Below, one piece after another: positions 18,540 through 30,765 of a DNA stretch of 64,000 nucleotides. The stretch lies in the sequence record DRR723986_5346; one strand, 5' to 3'. The translations under genes and the position numbers were made by a program. The notes below the pieces were generated by a model, which saw only the letters and a program-made list of their open reading frames with translations, made no database searches and was not told the origin of the DNA. The first letter of the stretch is position 1; the number at the start of each line of letters is the position of its first letter.

Positions 18540-20540
18540 ATGGCGGTATTAGAAAAGCAACATTTGAAATTTGACAGAAAAGAGCTGTCAAATGATGAGT
18601 TAGGGAACATTTACAAAGCCCTCGTTAAACCACGTTTGATTGAAGAGAAAATGTTAATTCTTCTTCGTCAAGGAAAAATTTCTAAATGGTTTTCAGGTTG
18701 GGGGCAAGAGGCTATTTCCGTAGGGATTGCGTTAGGACTTGAAAAGGATGAATACATTTTACCCATGCACCGTAATCTGGGAATTTTTACAACAAGAGAG
18801 ATTCCGTTGAACAGACTTTTCGCACAATTTCAAGGCAAAATGACCGGCTTTACCAAAGGTAGGGATCGATCGTTTCATTTTGGAACAAAAGAGCATCACC
18901 TGGTTGGAATGATTTCGCATTTAGGTCCTCAATTGGCTTTGGGAACAGGAATCGCTTTGGCTCACAAACTTAGGGGTGAACAAAAAGTATCTTTAGCTAT
19001 TACTGGAGATGGTGGTGCCAGTGAAGGAGATTTTCATGAGGCCTTAAACGTAGCGTCTGTTTGGGATATTCCAGTAATATTTGCTGTAGAAAATAACCAA
19101 TGGGGATTATCTACACCATCAAACGAGCAATTCAGATGTAAGCAATTTGTAGACAAAGGTCCTGGATATGGGATGGATGCTTTTCAAATTGATGGAAATA
19201 ATATTTTAGAGGTATATCATTCGGTTAAACAAATCGCCGCATCACTTAGAGAAAAACCTAGACCATTTTTGTTAGAGTGTATCTCATTTAGAATGAGAGG
19301 GCATGAAGAAGCTTCAGGAACTAAATATTATCCTGAAGGATTACAAGATCAATGGGAGATCAAGGATCCAATAACGAATTTCGAAAACTATATTATTTCA
19401 GAAGGTGTTTTCTCAAAAGATGAAGTTGAGAAAATTAAAAAAGGAATTAAAAAAGAAATCCAGGATGAATTGGAGATTGCTTATGCAGAGCCAAATGTGA
19501 CTCCTGATACGGATTTCGAATTAGGAGATGTTTACGCACCGTATACACCAAATATTCAAGCTCCAGCTTCAGATGCTAAATCAGAATTAAGATTCGTAGA
19601 TGCTATTCAAGATTCACTGAGATTATCCATGAGAAAATACCAAGACTTGGTAATCATGGGGCAAGATATCGCAGAATATGGTGGTGTATTCAAAATTACT
19701 GAAGGATTTGTTGAGGAATTTGGTAAAGATAGAGTGAGAAATACACCAATTTGTGAATCGGCAATTGTAGGTGCGGCTCTTGGTTTATCGATTAATGGAA
19801 TGAAAGCAGTGATGGAAATGCAGTTCGCAGATTTCGTGACCGTTGGATTTAATCAAATCGTAAATAATTTAGCGAAACTTCATTACAGATGGGGAGAAAA
19901 CGCAGATGTAGTGGTGCGAATGCCAACAGGTGGCGGATCAGCTGCCGGACCGTTCCATTCACAGTCTAACGAAGCTTGGTTTACGCATACACCAGGATTA
20001 AAAGTAGTGTATCCGTCTTCACCAACGGAAGCTAAAGGTCTTCTAGCCGCATCAATTGAAGATCCAAATCCGGTTATTTTCTTTGAGCATAAAGGCTTGT
20101 ATCGTTCAATCAAAGAAGATGTGCCTACAGATTACTTTACACTAGAAATTGGAAAAGCTAATTTGGTGCAAGAAGGAACTAAAGCATCAGTAATTACTTA
20201 CGGAATGGGTGTTCATTGGGCAAAAGATATAGCTGCTGAGCACAACTTAGCTATTGATATCCTAGATTTAAGAACACTACTTCCTTTAGATATGGATGCT
20301 GTTTACGCAACGGCACAGAAAACAGGAAGAGTAATCATTTTACATGAAGATTGTTTAACTGGTGGAATTGGTGGTGAAATATCAGCAAGAATCACGGAAG
20401 ATTGTTTTGAATATCTTGATGCTCCCGTAATGAGAGAAGGTTCTTTAGATACTCCGGTTCCTTTTGATGGAGAGCTAGAAAAGAACTTTATGCCAAAGCA
20501 AAGATTTGAAGAGAAACTGTTAAGGCTAATTAACTATTAA
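18540..20540 (+). CDS. 2-oxoacid (probably branched-chain) dehydrogenase E1, fused alpha/beta
   Basis: TPP motif GDGGASEGDFHE..NN, RMRGHEEA; beta half GQDIAEYGGVF, NTPICE, EMQFADF, GPFHSQ. Confidence 0.92.
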   Translation: MAVLEKQHLKFDRKELSNDELGNIYKALVKPRLIEEKMLILLRQGKISKWFSGWGQEAISVGIALGLEKDEYILPMHRNLGIFTTREIPLNRLFAQFQGKMTGFTKGRDRSFHFGTKEHHLVGMISHLGPQLALGTGIALAHKLRGEQKVSLAITGDGGASEGDFHEALNVASVWDIPVIFAVENNQWGLSTPSNEQFRCKQFVDKGPGYGMDAFQIDGNNILEVYHSVKQIAASLREKPRPFLLECISFRMRGHEEASGTKYYPEGLQDQWEIKDPITNFENYIISEGVFSKDEVEKIKKGIKKEIQDELEIAYAEPNVTPDTDFELGDVYAPYTPNIQAPASDAKSELRFVDAIQDSLRLSMRKYQDLVIMGQDIAEYGGVFKITEGFVEEFGKDRVRNTPICESAIVGAALGLSINGMKAVMEMQFADFVTVGFNQIVNNLAKLHYRWGENADVVVRMPTGGGSAAGPFHSQSNEAWFTHTPGLKVVYPSSPTEAKGLLAASIEDPNPVIFFEHKGLYRSIKEDVPTDYFTLEIGKANLVQEGTKASVITYGMGVHWAKDIAAEHNLAIDILDLRTLLPLDMDAVYATAQKTGRVIILHEDCLTGGIGGEISARITEDCFEYLDAPVMREGSLDTPVPFDGELEKNFMPKQRFEEKLLRLINY

Positions 20541-21177
20541 GCTTCAAACGTTTTTCTAGATTGCTTCTGAGTCCTTTAGGTAGATCCTCAATTTGAAGAA
20601 TGGCTTTGATTTTAGGATTGTCTTTTGGTTCAGAATGAAAAGATAATCGGTAAACTTCTTCAAAAGTAGCGCAGGTGTTTCCTTGTTGAATCAAAGTAAC
20701 TGAATCATCTGCTTGTACTTCGCCTTCTTCAATTATTCTTAAGTATACTCCAGGATAAGGCGCATTCAAAAACTGCTTCACAATCTTTTGAGTTCCGAAT
20801 CTTATTCCTAATTTAAAACAAGGTTCTCTTGGTTGAGCAACTTCAACTTTTGCTTGACCAATTTGATAAACATCACCTAAGTAAATTTTAGATTCATCCA
20901 ATCCCTCAATGGTGATGTTCTCACCAAACATGCCATGTGTCCAATCCAATTCAGGATAAAGATCTTTCCAATAGTTGTAGTGATCTGCAGAATAGATATA
21001 ACAGGCTTTGTTGATGCCTCCATGATATTTTCTGTCAATCACGTGATCTTTTTCAACATCCTCTTTCCCTAAGACTATGGCAGAATCAACTGGATATTTA
21101 AAAATGCCGGTTTGCACATCTTTACCGCGCCAGCTAATCGTTTTTCTATCTCCTAGATTTACAGATACTACTTTCAT
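20530..21177 (-). CDS. MOSC-domain protein (YiiM-like)
   Basis: MKVVSVNLG start (ORF track extension to 21423 rejected); TGIFKYP, YHGG.NKA, GMFGENIT, QPREPCFKL. Confidence 0.9.
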   Translation of the reverse strand: MKVVSVNLGDRKTISWRGKDVQTGIFKYPVDSAIVLGKEDVEKDHVIDRKYHGGINKACYIYSADHYNYWKDLYPELDWTHGMFGENITIEGLDESKIYLGDVYQIGQAKVEVAQPREPCFKLGIRFGTQKIVKQFLNAPYPGVYLRIIEEGEVQADDSVTLIQQGNTCATFEEVYRLSFHSEPKDNPKIKAILQIEDLPKGLRSNLEKRLKLNS

Positions 21178-21181
21178 ATTA

Positions 21182-21724
21182 ATGTATAAATTTAGTACTT
21201 TCTTTAATACAAAGAATTTGAGCAAACAAGTACATATCGAAGTACGATCAGTATTCAAATGTTCACTTGAACGTGCTTTTAAAATTCCCATTTTAGGAGA
21301 TGCGACTACCTTTTTAAGAGGGGTGGGACCTTTACCGGGAATTGAAAAGTTTGAAGAAGATGAATCTTGGGGAAAAGTAGGCGGATTTCGATATCCCATT
21401 GCAAAAAGTAACTTGTTTACCAAAGGTGGTAGAGTAGGCTTTGATCAAATCTATAAACGTAAAGAGAACGAATATTGGAATTGGGGAGTGACTAAAATAG
21501 AAACTTTTGTGTTTGGTATCACAGAATTTGAAGGGGAGTTATTTTTTACTGAATCAAAGAACGGTATTGATGTGTTGTGGAAGTATCACTGTACTATTGG
21601 CAAATCTTATATGCGTCCATTTGCCTTGTTGTTTTTTAAAATACTTTGGAAAAAGAACATCAGAAACGCAATAGTTTTAATGAAAAACGCAGCAGAAAAT
21701 GATGGAAAACTTTTATACGATTAA
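21182..21724 (+). CDS. hypothetical protein, possibly SRPBCC/START fold
   Basis: Open frame divergent from the MOSC gene; start ATG 21182 or TTG 21218; beta-rich with a C-terminal amphipathic helix. Confidence 0.55.
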   Translation: MYKFSTFFNTKNLSKQVHIEVRSVFKCSLERAFKIPILGDATTFLRGVGPLPGIEKFEEDESWGKVGGFRYPIAKSNLFTKGGRVGFDQIYKRKENEYWNWGVTKIETFVFGITEFEGELFFTESKNGIDVLWKYHCTIGKSYMRPFALLFFKILWKKNIRNAIVLMKNAAENDGKLLYD

Positions 21725-21725
21725 A

Positions 21726-22409
21726 TCAAGGAGTAGATTTAGAAACCTGAACGATTTTACCGTGCATCATCTTGTTCGCATTCAAAGCAAAGTCGGCAAT
21801 ATAAGCACCCATTTCTTCAGGAGTTGTTGGTGCTTCATAACCTGGAAAGGCTTCCGCTAGCATCTCTGTTTGAACAGCACCTAATGCCAATGAGTTAACT
21901 TGGATAGCAGTTTCTTTTAATTCTTCTGCGAGACATTCGGTATATCCAGTGACTGCAGCCTTTGATGAACTATAAACTCCAATTCCTGGGAATTTAACAG
22001 AACCTTGAACGCCACCAATTGATCCAATATTTACAATATGACCTGAGCCTTTCATTAAAGGAATCACAGCTTGACAGCTTTGAATTAATCCAAATACATT
22101 GGTTTCGTATGTTTTTCGGATATCTTCTAAAGTGGTTTCAAGAAAAGGTTTGTTGACCAAGTATCCTCCATTATTAATGAGGATATCAACTTGATCAAAA
22201 TGACTCATGATGTGTCCCGTCAAAACTGCTTTGAGCGTTTCAGAACACAAATCTAGCTGACCGATATGTACATTGCATTCAGCTTTAAGCTCCTCTAATT
22301 TTGAAAGATTTCGTGAGAGTGCTAAAACATTGTGTTCTTTTGCTAAGTGGCGGACAGTTTCTTTACCTATTCCTCTGCTTGCTCCAATTAAAACAATGTT
22401 TTTTTCCAT
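21726..22409 (-). CDS. SDR-family oxidoreductase
   Basis: GASRGIG, DILINNGG, NIGS, YSSSK. Confidence 0.92.
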   Translation of the reverse strand: MEKNIVLIGASRGIGKETVRHLAKEHNVLALSRNLSKLEELKAECNVHIGQLDLCSETLKAVLTGHIMSHFDQVDILINNGGYLVNKPFLETTLEDIRKTYETNVFGLIQSCQAVIPLMKGSGHIVNIGSIGGVQGSVKFPGIGVYSSSKAAVTGYTECLAEELKETAIQVNSLALGAVQTEMLAEAFPGYEAPTTPEEMGAYIADFALNANKMMHGKIVQVSKSTP

Positions 22410-22410
22410 C

Positions 22411-23490
22411 TTAATATTCGTCAAATGAAATAACTACTTTTTCGGTGAGTGGATGAGACTGACATGTCAATACAAACCCATCTTCAACTTCATCTTCTTC
22501 TAAAGCGAAGTTCAATGTCATTTTTACTTTTCCTTCTAGAACTTTTGCTCTACATGTACAACATACACCTCCTTTACAAGAGAATGGTACATCTGCATCC
22601 GCGTCTTGCGCAGCAGACAAAATATCTTTACCTTTTGTTGCTAGTGGAAAAGAATATTCTTCATCATCAATAATTACCGTTACCTCCGCATTTACTTGCG
22701 CTGATTCATCAGTATCCGCTGCTGCAGCTGAAGCATCTAACGAAGCAGTAGATGGAGTTGTGAATAATTCAAAGTGTACCTTATGAAGAAGTCCTTTTAA
22801 AGTATAAAATTCTTTAACCGTTTCAATCATACTTTCAGGTCCACATGCGTAAACTCCTTGAAGTTTTAAAGCCTCTAGTTCGGCAGCATAAAAATGAGCG
22901 CATTTTGCCGCATCAATTCTACCATTTCTGTTCGTGTCACCTGAATCTTCTCGTGAAAGAATGTAATTCAATTTAAAGTTAGAATAGTTGTTTGCTAGTG
23001 CGTCTAATTCATTTTTGAAAATAGTCGCAGCCGCAGTTTTGTTTCCGTAATATAAAAATACGTTGCAATTAGATTCTGTTTCTAATAATGTTCTAACCAT
23101 AGAAAGTACAGGAGTAATTCCAGACCCTGCGGCGTAAAAAACATAATTGTTTTGCGCATTACTTTCAGATTCTACAACAAAACCACCTTGAGGGGTCATG
23201 ACATCCATAACATCTCCAGTAGAAAGAGAATTGTTAGCATAAGTAGAAAACTTTCCGTTCTCAACCTCTTTAACAGCAACTCTTAATTCACCTTCAGAAA
23301 GAGCAGATGAAATCGAATATGATCTCCTAATGTCTTCACCGTTAATATCAGCTCTTAATGTTAAGTATTGTCCTGGAACAAATTTATAATCTGCTTCAAG
23401 ATTTGCCGGTACATCAAATGCAATAGAAACCGTATCTGCAGTTTCTTTTTTAATGTCTTTTATCGTTAATTGGTGAAAAGTAGGTTTCAT
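22411..23490 (-). CDS. PaaE-like FAD/NAD/2Fe-2S reductase
   Basis: PGQYLT, RRSYSI, AAGSGITP, YACGP, C-terminal SCKGGVCCTC..LTCQSHP; start MKPTFH. Confidence 0.9.
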   Translation of the reverse strand: MKPTFHQLTIKDIKKETADTVSIAFDVPANLEADYKFVPGQYLTLRADINGEDIRRSYSISSALSEGELRVAVKEVENGKFSTYANNSLSTGDVMDVMTPQGGFVVESESNAQNNYVFYAAGSGITPVLSMVRTLLETESNCNVFLYYGNKTAAATIFKNELDALANNYSNFKLNYILSREDSGDTNRNGRIDAAKCAHFYAAELEALKLQGVYACGPESMIETVKEFYTLKGLLHKVHFELFTTPSTASLDASAAAADTDESAQVNAEVTVIIDDEEYSFPLATKGKDILSAAQDADADVPFSCKGGVCCTCRAKVLEGKVKMTLNFALEEDEVEDGFVLTCQSHPLTEKVVISFDEY

Positions 23491-23718
23491 GCGCTTTCTA
23501 AATTTTCGGTAAAAATAATGCTTATAATGGAACAACGGAGGTCTTGAAATTGTTTTTCCTGTTTTCATCTTTAAAAATCCACATGCATTTCACTGTTTTT
23601 ACTTGATTTTAAGTCGGTTATTTTGCGACATTATTGAAAAGAGTGAAAACTGTTAATTACCTGTTGAAAACTACTTGTAATCTCCATTCGAATCAATTAG
23701 ATAAAATAGTGCGATTCG

Positions 23719-23726
23719 TATCTTTG
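23719..23726 (+). promoter_or_regulatory. sigma-A -7 element of gyrB
   Basis: TATCTTTG about 50 nt before the ATG, followed by a CCTTGT..ACAAGG leader hairpin. Confidence 0.6.
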
Positions 23727-23766
23727 TTTGCCTTGTGAAAATACGTTTTTTACAAGGGCTAATTAA

Positions 23767-25728
<1,962 letters not shown>

Positions 25729-25752
25729 TTTTAAACGATTTAATTTAAGTCT

Positions 25753-25787
25753 AAAAGCCTGTCCGTGTTCTATCGGATGGGCTTTTT
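25753..25787 (+). terminator. intrinsic terminator after gyrB
   Basis: AAAAGCCTGTCCG-N8-CGGATGGGCTTTTT. Confidence 0.8.
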
Positions 25788-25850
25788 GTTGTTATTAATT
25801 AAACAATTGAGTAACTTTAAACGTTGATATACAGTATATTTAAGCTAGAA

Positions 25851-26255
25851 ATGGATTTACACACTTGGATATTTGTTTTTACCTTACTGGCATACCTGTA
25901 TTATATTTCACGGGTATTTGACCAGGTAAAAGTCTTGTTGATCAAAAAAATCAAAATTCACAATCCTGAAACTGGTAGGGAAGAGGAGCAAGAAAAATGG
26001 CGGAAAGAAATGAAAGCCATGAAAACCGAAATTAAAATCTTCAAAAGAAATTCGTTTCTTATTTTTCTATTGATTCCTGTGGTGGAGGTAGTTGCGCACC
26101 TAGTTGTTGGTGAGTACTTTATCAACAGTATTCTGCTATCATTAAGCTTTTTTGTATTGTTTTTGACTTGCCTTTTATTTCTATTGTTTACTTACAAAGG
26201 AAGACAATCAGATAAGCTAGAGAAAAAATATACCTGGAAATCGGGGATTTTTTAA
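25851..26255 (+). CDS. hypothetical membrane protein
   Basis: Three hydrophobic segments; ATG 25851 preferred to TTG 25824. Confidence 0.6.
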   Translation: MDLHTWIFVFTLLAYLYYISRVFDQVKVLLIKKIKIHNPETGREEEQEKWRKEMKAMKTEIKIFKRNSFLIFLLIPVVEVVAHLVVGEYFINSILLSLSFFVLFLTCLLFLLFTYKGRQSDKLEKKYTWKSGIF

Positions 26256-26653
26256 CTTAAAATTGACTTGATGTCTGGTCTAAAATATTGATCAGATTTC
26301 AATACTTTACCATCTTCTCTATAAATAGGATTTCCATCCTTATCCAATTTACTCATATTACTTCTTTGAATTTCTTCAAACACTTCGGCAATTTTATGTT
26401 GCATACCATGTTTTAAAATCGTCCCGCATAAAATATAAAGCTGATCACCAAGGGCGTCCGCAACTTCTACAAGGTCCTTGTTCTGGGCTGCTTCAAGATA
26501 TTCTTCATTCTCTTCTCTCATCAATTTGTACCTCAATAAAATTTCATCATCCGAAATTTCAGTCGTGGGTTGATAATTATTCTCAATTTTAAATGATTCA
26601 TGGAATTTTTCAACGTGCTGAATAACTTCGTTTAAGGTGATATCTTTTGCCAT
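26252..26653 (-). CDS. MazG-like NTP pyrophosphohydrolase
   Basis: LMREENEEYLEA..LVEVADALGDQLY, EEIQRSNMSK, REDGKVLK. Confidence 0.88.
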   Translation of the reverse strand: MAKDITLNEVIQHVEKFHESFKIENNYQPTTEISDDEILLRYKLMREENEEYLEAAQNKDLVEVADALGDQLYILCGTILKHGMQHKIAEVFEEIQRSNMSKLDKDGNPIYREDGKVLKSDQYFRPDIKSILS

Positions 26654-26680
26654 TTTTGTTATTTTTGATAAATATAACGC

Positions 26681-29600
26681 ATGCCTAAAAAAAAGATGCA
26701 AATCCACAAGGTCCTTTTACTAACATTTTTTACCCTATTCGGTGTAATCGGACTAGGGCAAAATGTTTCTCCAACAGTCATTAATTATTCTACACGAGAT
26801 TTCGGAAAGGAATATAATCCTGAAATATTTTGTGCAACTCAAGATCACCGTGGTTTAATGTATTTTGGTACTGGAAATGGTGTGCTTGAGTTTGACGGGC
26901 AATTTTGGAAATTAATCAAGGTTCAGGCAGGCTCTTATGTTCGAGCTATTGGAACAGATTCAACCGGTCGAGTATATGCTGGTACTTTTGGCGATTTCGG
27001 TTACTTTCAGGCTGAAGCAAATGGAAGTATGGAGTTCGTTTCTTTATACGATAAGATTCCTGAAGACGATCAGTTTTTTTCGGAGATTTGGGCCATCCAC
27101 TCCAATAAGGATAAGGTCTACTTTCAAGCTCAGGAACTATTTTTTGAATATGATTTAGTAACAGAGAAAATAAAAGCCATTTATCCAACCGAGACTTCTT
27201 CATTTCATACTTCATTTATGATTAACGGTGTTTTACATCTAAGAGCACGTGAAATTGGAGTAGTAAAATACGTGGATGATGATTTAAAAAGATTGAGAGG
27301 TACCGAGAATGTGAGAGGTTTAGGAGTATTTGGTATACATCAGTTAGAAGATGATTCATTATTAGTCATCACACAAGAAATTGGAATTTGGAAGTATAAG
27401 AATAATGGATTTAGGCAGTTGCCTGATGAAAACAATGTGCCAATTAGTAGTTTAGGAATCTTTGGGTCCATTGAATTGTTTGACGGAAATTTCGCGCTTT
27501 GGAGTTTTACCAATGGTATTTATATCATGGATAAAAACGGTATGATCATCAATCATATTAATAAAAACATGGGATTAGCTTCCAATGATGTCAAAAGTCT
27601 TTTCCAAGATAAAGATCAAAACATTTGGGCATCTACTGGGAATGGTATGGCTAAGATAGATTATTATTCTCCTTTAACTTATTATTCCGCAACGCATGGA
27701 ATTGACGGGAGTGTTCAAGCCATAGTAAGGTACAATGATATGCTGTATTTGGGGACTTCAAATGGTTTATTTATGCAAACTACAAACGGTCAAAAGGTTT
27801 TTAGTAATACTCAAATGATTAACGCCCAAGTTTGGGGGTTTGAAACTATTGATGATGAGCTGCTGATTGCTACCTCTCAAGGAATCTACTCAACTAAAGA
27901 TGGTGCTCATATGACGCTAAAAACAACATCTCAAGAAAGTGCAAATCAAATTCTTTATTTAGAAAGTAAAGATTTGATTGTGTCTGCTGGTTCATTTGGA
28001 ATCAAAGTTTTCGATCGCTCATTTAGAGAGGTGTTTGGTTATGCAGAGAGTTTTAGTTCTGTTATTGGAATTCAAGAAGATCCAAATAATCCAGGAATAG
28101 TGTGGTTTGGCACAGCGGTGAACGGCGTATATCGATTAGATATGAGAGGAGATTTGTATGAAGTGGATCAATATGGTGATTTTGATGGCTTACTGGATAA
28201 TTTAGGAAAGCCACTTATTTTAAATGATAGTCTGGCATTTGGAACCAAAGAAGGTTTGGCCTATTTCATTGATGAAGAAACAATGAAAGCTGGATTGTCT
28301 GAAGAGGAAAAAGAAGACCCAATGAATTACAGAGGAATGTTTCAAACCCTGGATTTTCACGGGAAAATGTCAAAAGGTCAATTCTTGTTTTTAGAGGGGA
28401 ATTCGAATAGAGATTGGTATAGCGAAAACAATTACTCAATTGCCTATTACGATAAGAAAAAGAACGAGTTTATCAAGAGACCGTTTGCGGGAGTCGACTT
28501 CGGCAGGATTAATGATTTTTACTTAGAAGCTAATGGGTTGCTATGGGTAGGAACCGTAGATGGTTTGATCCGTTTTGAATCTAATCCAATAAAAAAGTAT
28601 GATAACCCAATAAATGTACTGGTTCGAAAATTCGTGGTCGGAACAGATTCAATTGTTTTTAGTGGCTCATTTAGCGAGGATGGATATACGGTTTCCAACC
28701 AATCTGCTGATCAAATCATCAATTTAGAGTATGCTTATAATGATGTCATTTTTTCATTCTCAGCTCCTTCTTTTATTGGGTCTGATCCTTTAGAATATTC
28801 TTTTTATTTAGATGGATATTCTACTCAATGGTCAAAATGGAGTCAAAAAACAGAGGCAAACTTTACCAACTTAGGCGAAGGAGATTACAGCTTTCAGGTT
28901 AAAGCGCGGAATATATTCGGTGTTGAATCCGAGATTACTAGTTACAAATTTTCTATTTCTCCTCCGTGGTATAGAACTATTTGGGCATATGTACTTTATG
29001 TTTTCGGATTGTTGTTATTATTTTTTATTGGATTTAGATTGTTCTCAGCGCGTTTGAAAAAGAAAAATTTATGGCTTGAAGGGGTAGTGGAAGAGCGAAC
29101 GCGAGAAATTTCAGAGAAAAATGAGGTCTTACATGAGCAAAAGAAAGAAATTGAAGACAGTATCAATTATGCTCAGCGGATACAAGAGGCCATACTTCCA
29201 CTAGAGGAAGAGATGAAAAAATGGGTGCCGAAATCATTTGTACTATTCAAACCAAAAGATATTGTATCCGGAGATTTCTATTGGTTTACTAAAACCGAGA
29301 ATAAGTTAGTCTTTATTTGTGCAGATTGTACAGGTCACGGGGTTCCAGGAGCTTTTATGAGTATGATTGGCTCAGATAGGTTGAACATTATCGTAGAAGA
29401 AAGAAGGATATTGAATCCGGGATTGATTTTGGCAGAATTGAATCGGGCAATCAAGAAATCACTTAAGCAAGATGGCCAAAAAGACTCTACTAAGGATGGT
29501 ATGGATGCAGCTATTTGCATGATTGATTTGGATAATAACGAATTGAGATATGCAGGAGCAAATCGTCCACTTTGGATTGTTCAAGATGGCGTAATAGAAG

Positions 29601-29917
29601 AGATCAAGGCGACTAAGGTGGCCGTTGCAGGATTTACACCTGACAATCAAATTTTTGAAGAGCATGTAATTCCGCTTACGAAAGACCTGAAGTTTTATAT
29701 GACTTCTGACGGTTATGCTGATCAGTTTGGTGGAGATAAAGGCAAGAAACTCAAAGTAAAAACTATGAAGGAACTTATTTTGAGAGTATGTGATAGAGAA
29801 TTTGAAATCCAAAAAGAAACACTTGATAAGAACTTGGTTGATTGGATGGGGGATCATGAGCAAATTGATGATGTTTGCGTAGTTGGCTTTGAACCTGGGC
29901 TTGGCCCGGTGAAATGA
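26681..29917 (+). CDS. membrane sensor PP2C/SpoIIE phosphatase with periplasmic beta-propeller and Y_Y_Y domains
   Basis: Propeller repeats; YSFYLDG..WS.W..ANFTNLGEGDYSFQVKARN; TM after PPWY; VSGDFYW, ADCTGHGVPGA, DGMD, SDGYADQFGG, QIDD. Confidence 0.92.
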   Translation: MPKKKMQIHKVLLLTFFTLFGVIGLGQNVSPTVINYSTRDFGKEYNPEIFCATQDHRGLMYFGTGNGVLEFDGQFWKLIKVQAGSYVRAIGTDSTGRVYAGTFGDFGYFQAEANGSMEFVSLYDKIPEDDQFFSEIWAIHSNKDKVYFQAQELFFEYDLVTEKIKAIYPTETSSFHTSFMINGVLHLRAREIGVVKYVDDDLKRLRGTENVRGLGVFGIHQLEDDSLLVITQEIGIWKYKNNGFRQLPDENNVPISSLGIFGSIELFDGNFALWSFTNGIYIMDKNGMIINHINKNMGLASNDVKSLFQDKDQNIWASTGNGMAKIDYYSPLTYYSATHGIDGSVQAIVRYNDMLYLGTSNGLFMQTTNGQKVFSNTQMINAQVWGFETIDDELLIATSQGIYSTKDGAHMTLKTTSQESANQILYLESKDLIVSAGSFGIKVFDRSFREVFGYAESFSSVIGIQEDPNNPGIVWFGTAVNGVYRLDMRGDLYEVDQYGDFDGLLDNLGKPLILNDSLAFGTKEGLAYFIDEETMKAGLSEEEKEDPMNYRGMFQTLDFHGKMSKGQFLFLEGNSNRDWYSENNYSIAYYDKKKNEFIKRPFAGVDFGRINDFYLEANGLLWVGTVDGLIRFESNPIKKYDNPINVLVRKFVVGTDSIVFSGSFSEDGYTVSNQSADQIINLEYAYNDVIFSFSAPSFIGSDPLEYSFYLDGYSTQWSKWSQKTEANFTNLGEGDYSFQVKARNIFGVESEITSYKFSISPPWYRTIWAYVLYVFGLLLLFFIGFRLFSARLKKKNLWLEGVVEERTREISEKNEVLHEQKKEIEDSINYAQRIQEAILPLEEEMKKWVPKSFVLFKPKDIVSGDFYWFTKTENKLVFICADCTGHGVPGAFMSMIGSDRLNIIVEERRILNPGLILAELNRAIKKSLKQDGQKDSTKDGMDAAICMIDLDNNELRYAGANRPLWIVQDGVIEEIKATKVAVAGFTPDNQIFEEHVIPLTKDLKFYMTSDGYADQFGGDKGKKLKVKTMKELILRVCDREFEIQKETLDKNLVDWMGDHEQIDDVCVVGFEPGLGPVK

Positions 29918-29979
29918 CAACGGAGCAGTTTATACTTTGACGTTGTGCGAACTCAAGTGAAATATAATTTATGGAAATT

Positions 29980-30011
29980 AAAAAGCCCCTGATTTTTCAG
30001 GGGCTTTTTTT
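29980..30011. terminator. bidirectional intrinsic terminator
   Basis: AAAAAGCCCCTGA-N3-TCAGGGGCTTTTTTT-type stem between convergent genes. Confidence 0.85.
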
Positions 30012-30489
30012 ATTGGATTTCTTTTGACAATGCTGGTAGTGCAGCGATTTGTTGTTCACTCAGCTTACCTTTGCCTATAATGAGTAAAAACTGTGATTTG
30101 GTCTGAACTATGGCCATAATCTTTCTGATTTTTCCCTTTTTCTTCTGTCCAAATACATGAACTCTTCGTGAACCGTCTTTTTCTTTCAATAACTCTTGGT
30201 AACTCCCTGAAGATGATTCAGCTTTTTTAGCGTATTCTTTTATCTTTTTAGAATCACCGTAAAAATTGAGGTATTTCAATGCCGACATAGATTGCAATAA
30301 ATCGATTGCTTCAGGATAACCCTCTTCATCAACAAAAAAAGATGCCAGCTTTGGTGGAACAATTTTGGCTTCCATTCCTGAGTCATTTTTGTGACTTTTG
30401 TAATAATCATCTATTGGATGACCAAACAAGATTCCTGAAAAGATGAATACGATAAATGTGACGGTTGATTTTAATTGGTATGGTTTCAT
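30010..30489 (-). CDS. DUF4252-like exported protein
   Basis: Signal-like N-terminus; YYKSHK..ELL.EKDG..V pattern; start MKPYQL or 30528. Confidence 0.6.
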   Translation of the reverse strand: MKPYQLKSTVTFIVFIFSGILFGHPIDDYYKSHKNDSGMEAKIVPPKLASFFVDEEGYPEAIDLLQSMSALKYLNFYGDSKKIKEYAKKAESSSGSYQELLKEKDGSRRVHVFGQKKKGKIRKIMAIVQTKSQFLLIIGKGKLSEQQIAALPALSKEIQ

Positions 30490-30711
30490 AGTAATCGTTT
30501 TTGGTTTGTTGTCTCTTTGCATTCTCATAACACATTTGATAAAATAGGTTACAAGCTTAAACGTATAGAATCAAGAATAGAGCCAAAAAAAAGAAATTCA
30601 GAATGAACCCTTGATTTAAAAGATATTCCCGATAGATCCAAAGAAGAGAAAAAAAAGAAAAAACAAATAAAAAATATTTATCTTTGTATCGCATTTCTAC
30701 GGAATTATTAG

Positions 30712-30719
30712 TAAGTTTG
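30712..30719 (+). promoter_or_regulatory. sigma-A -7 element of rplS
   Basis: TAAGTTTG followed by GCACCCC-like start region. Confidence 0.65.
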
Positions 30720-30765
30720 CACCCCGAAATCAGTGAAGTGACTGATTTTGAGAAAATAAATTATC

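Noticed and set aside
21178-21423. N-terminal extension of the MOSC ORF overlapping the divergent ORF, suggesting overlapping genes
   Set aside because: MOSC homology starts at MKVVSVN (21177); the extensions of both ORFs are antisense read-through.
29459-29920. 153-aa antisense ORF, and the other short ORFs nested in or antisense to long genes
   Set aside because: They are shadows of well-supported CDSs with no recognisable motifs.
30585-30680. Long A-rich tract upstream of rplS
   Set aside because: Low complexity, consistent with an UP-like or intergenic AT tract; no defined structure.
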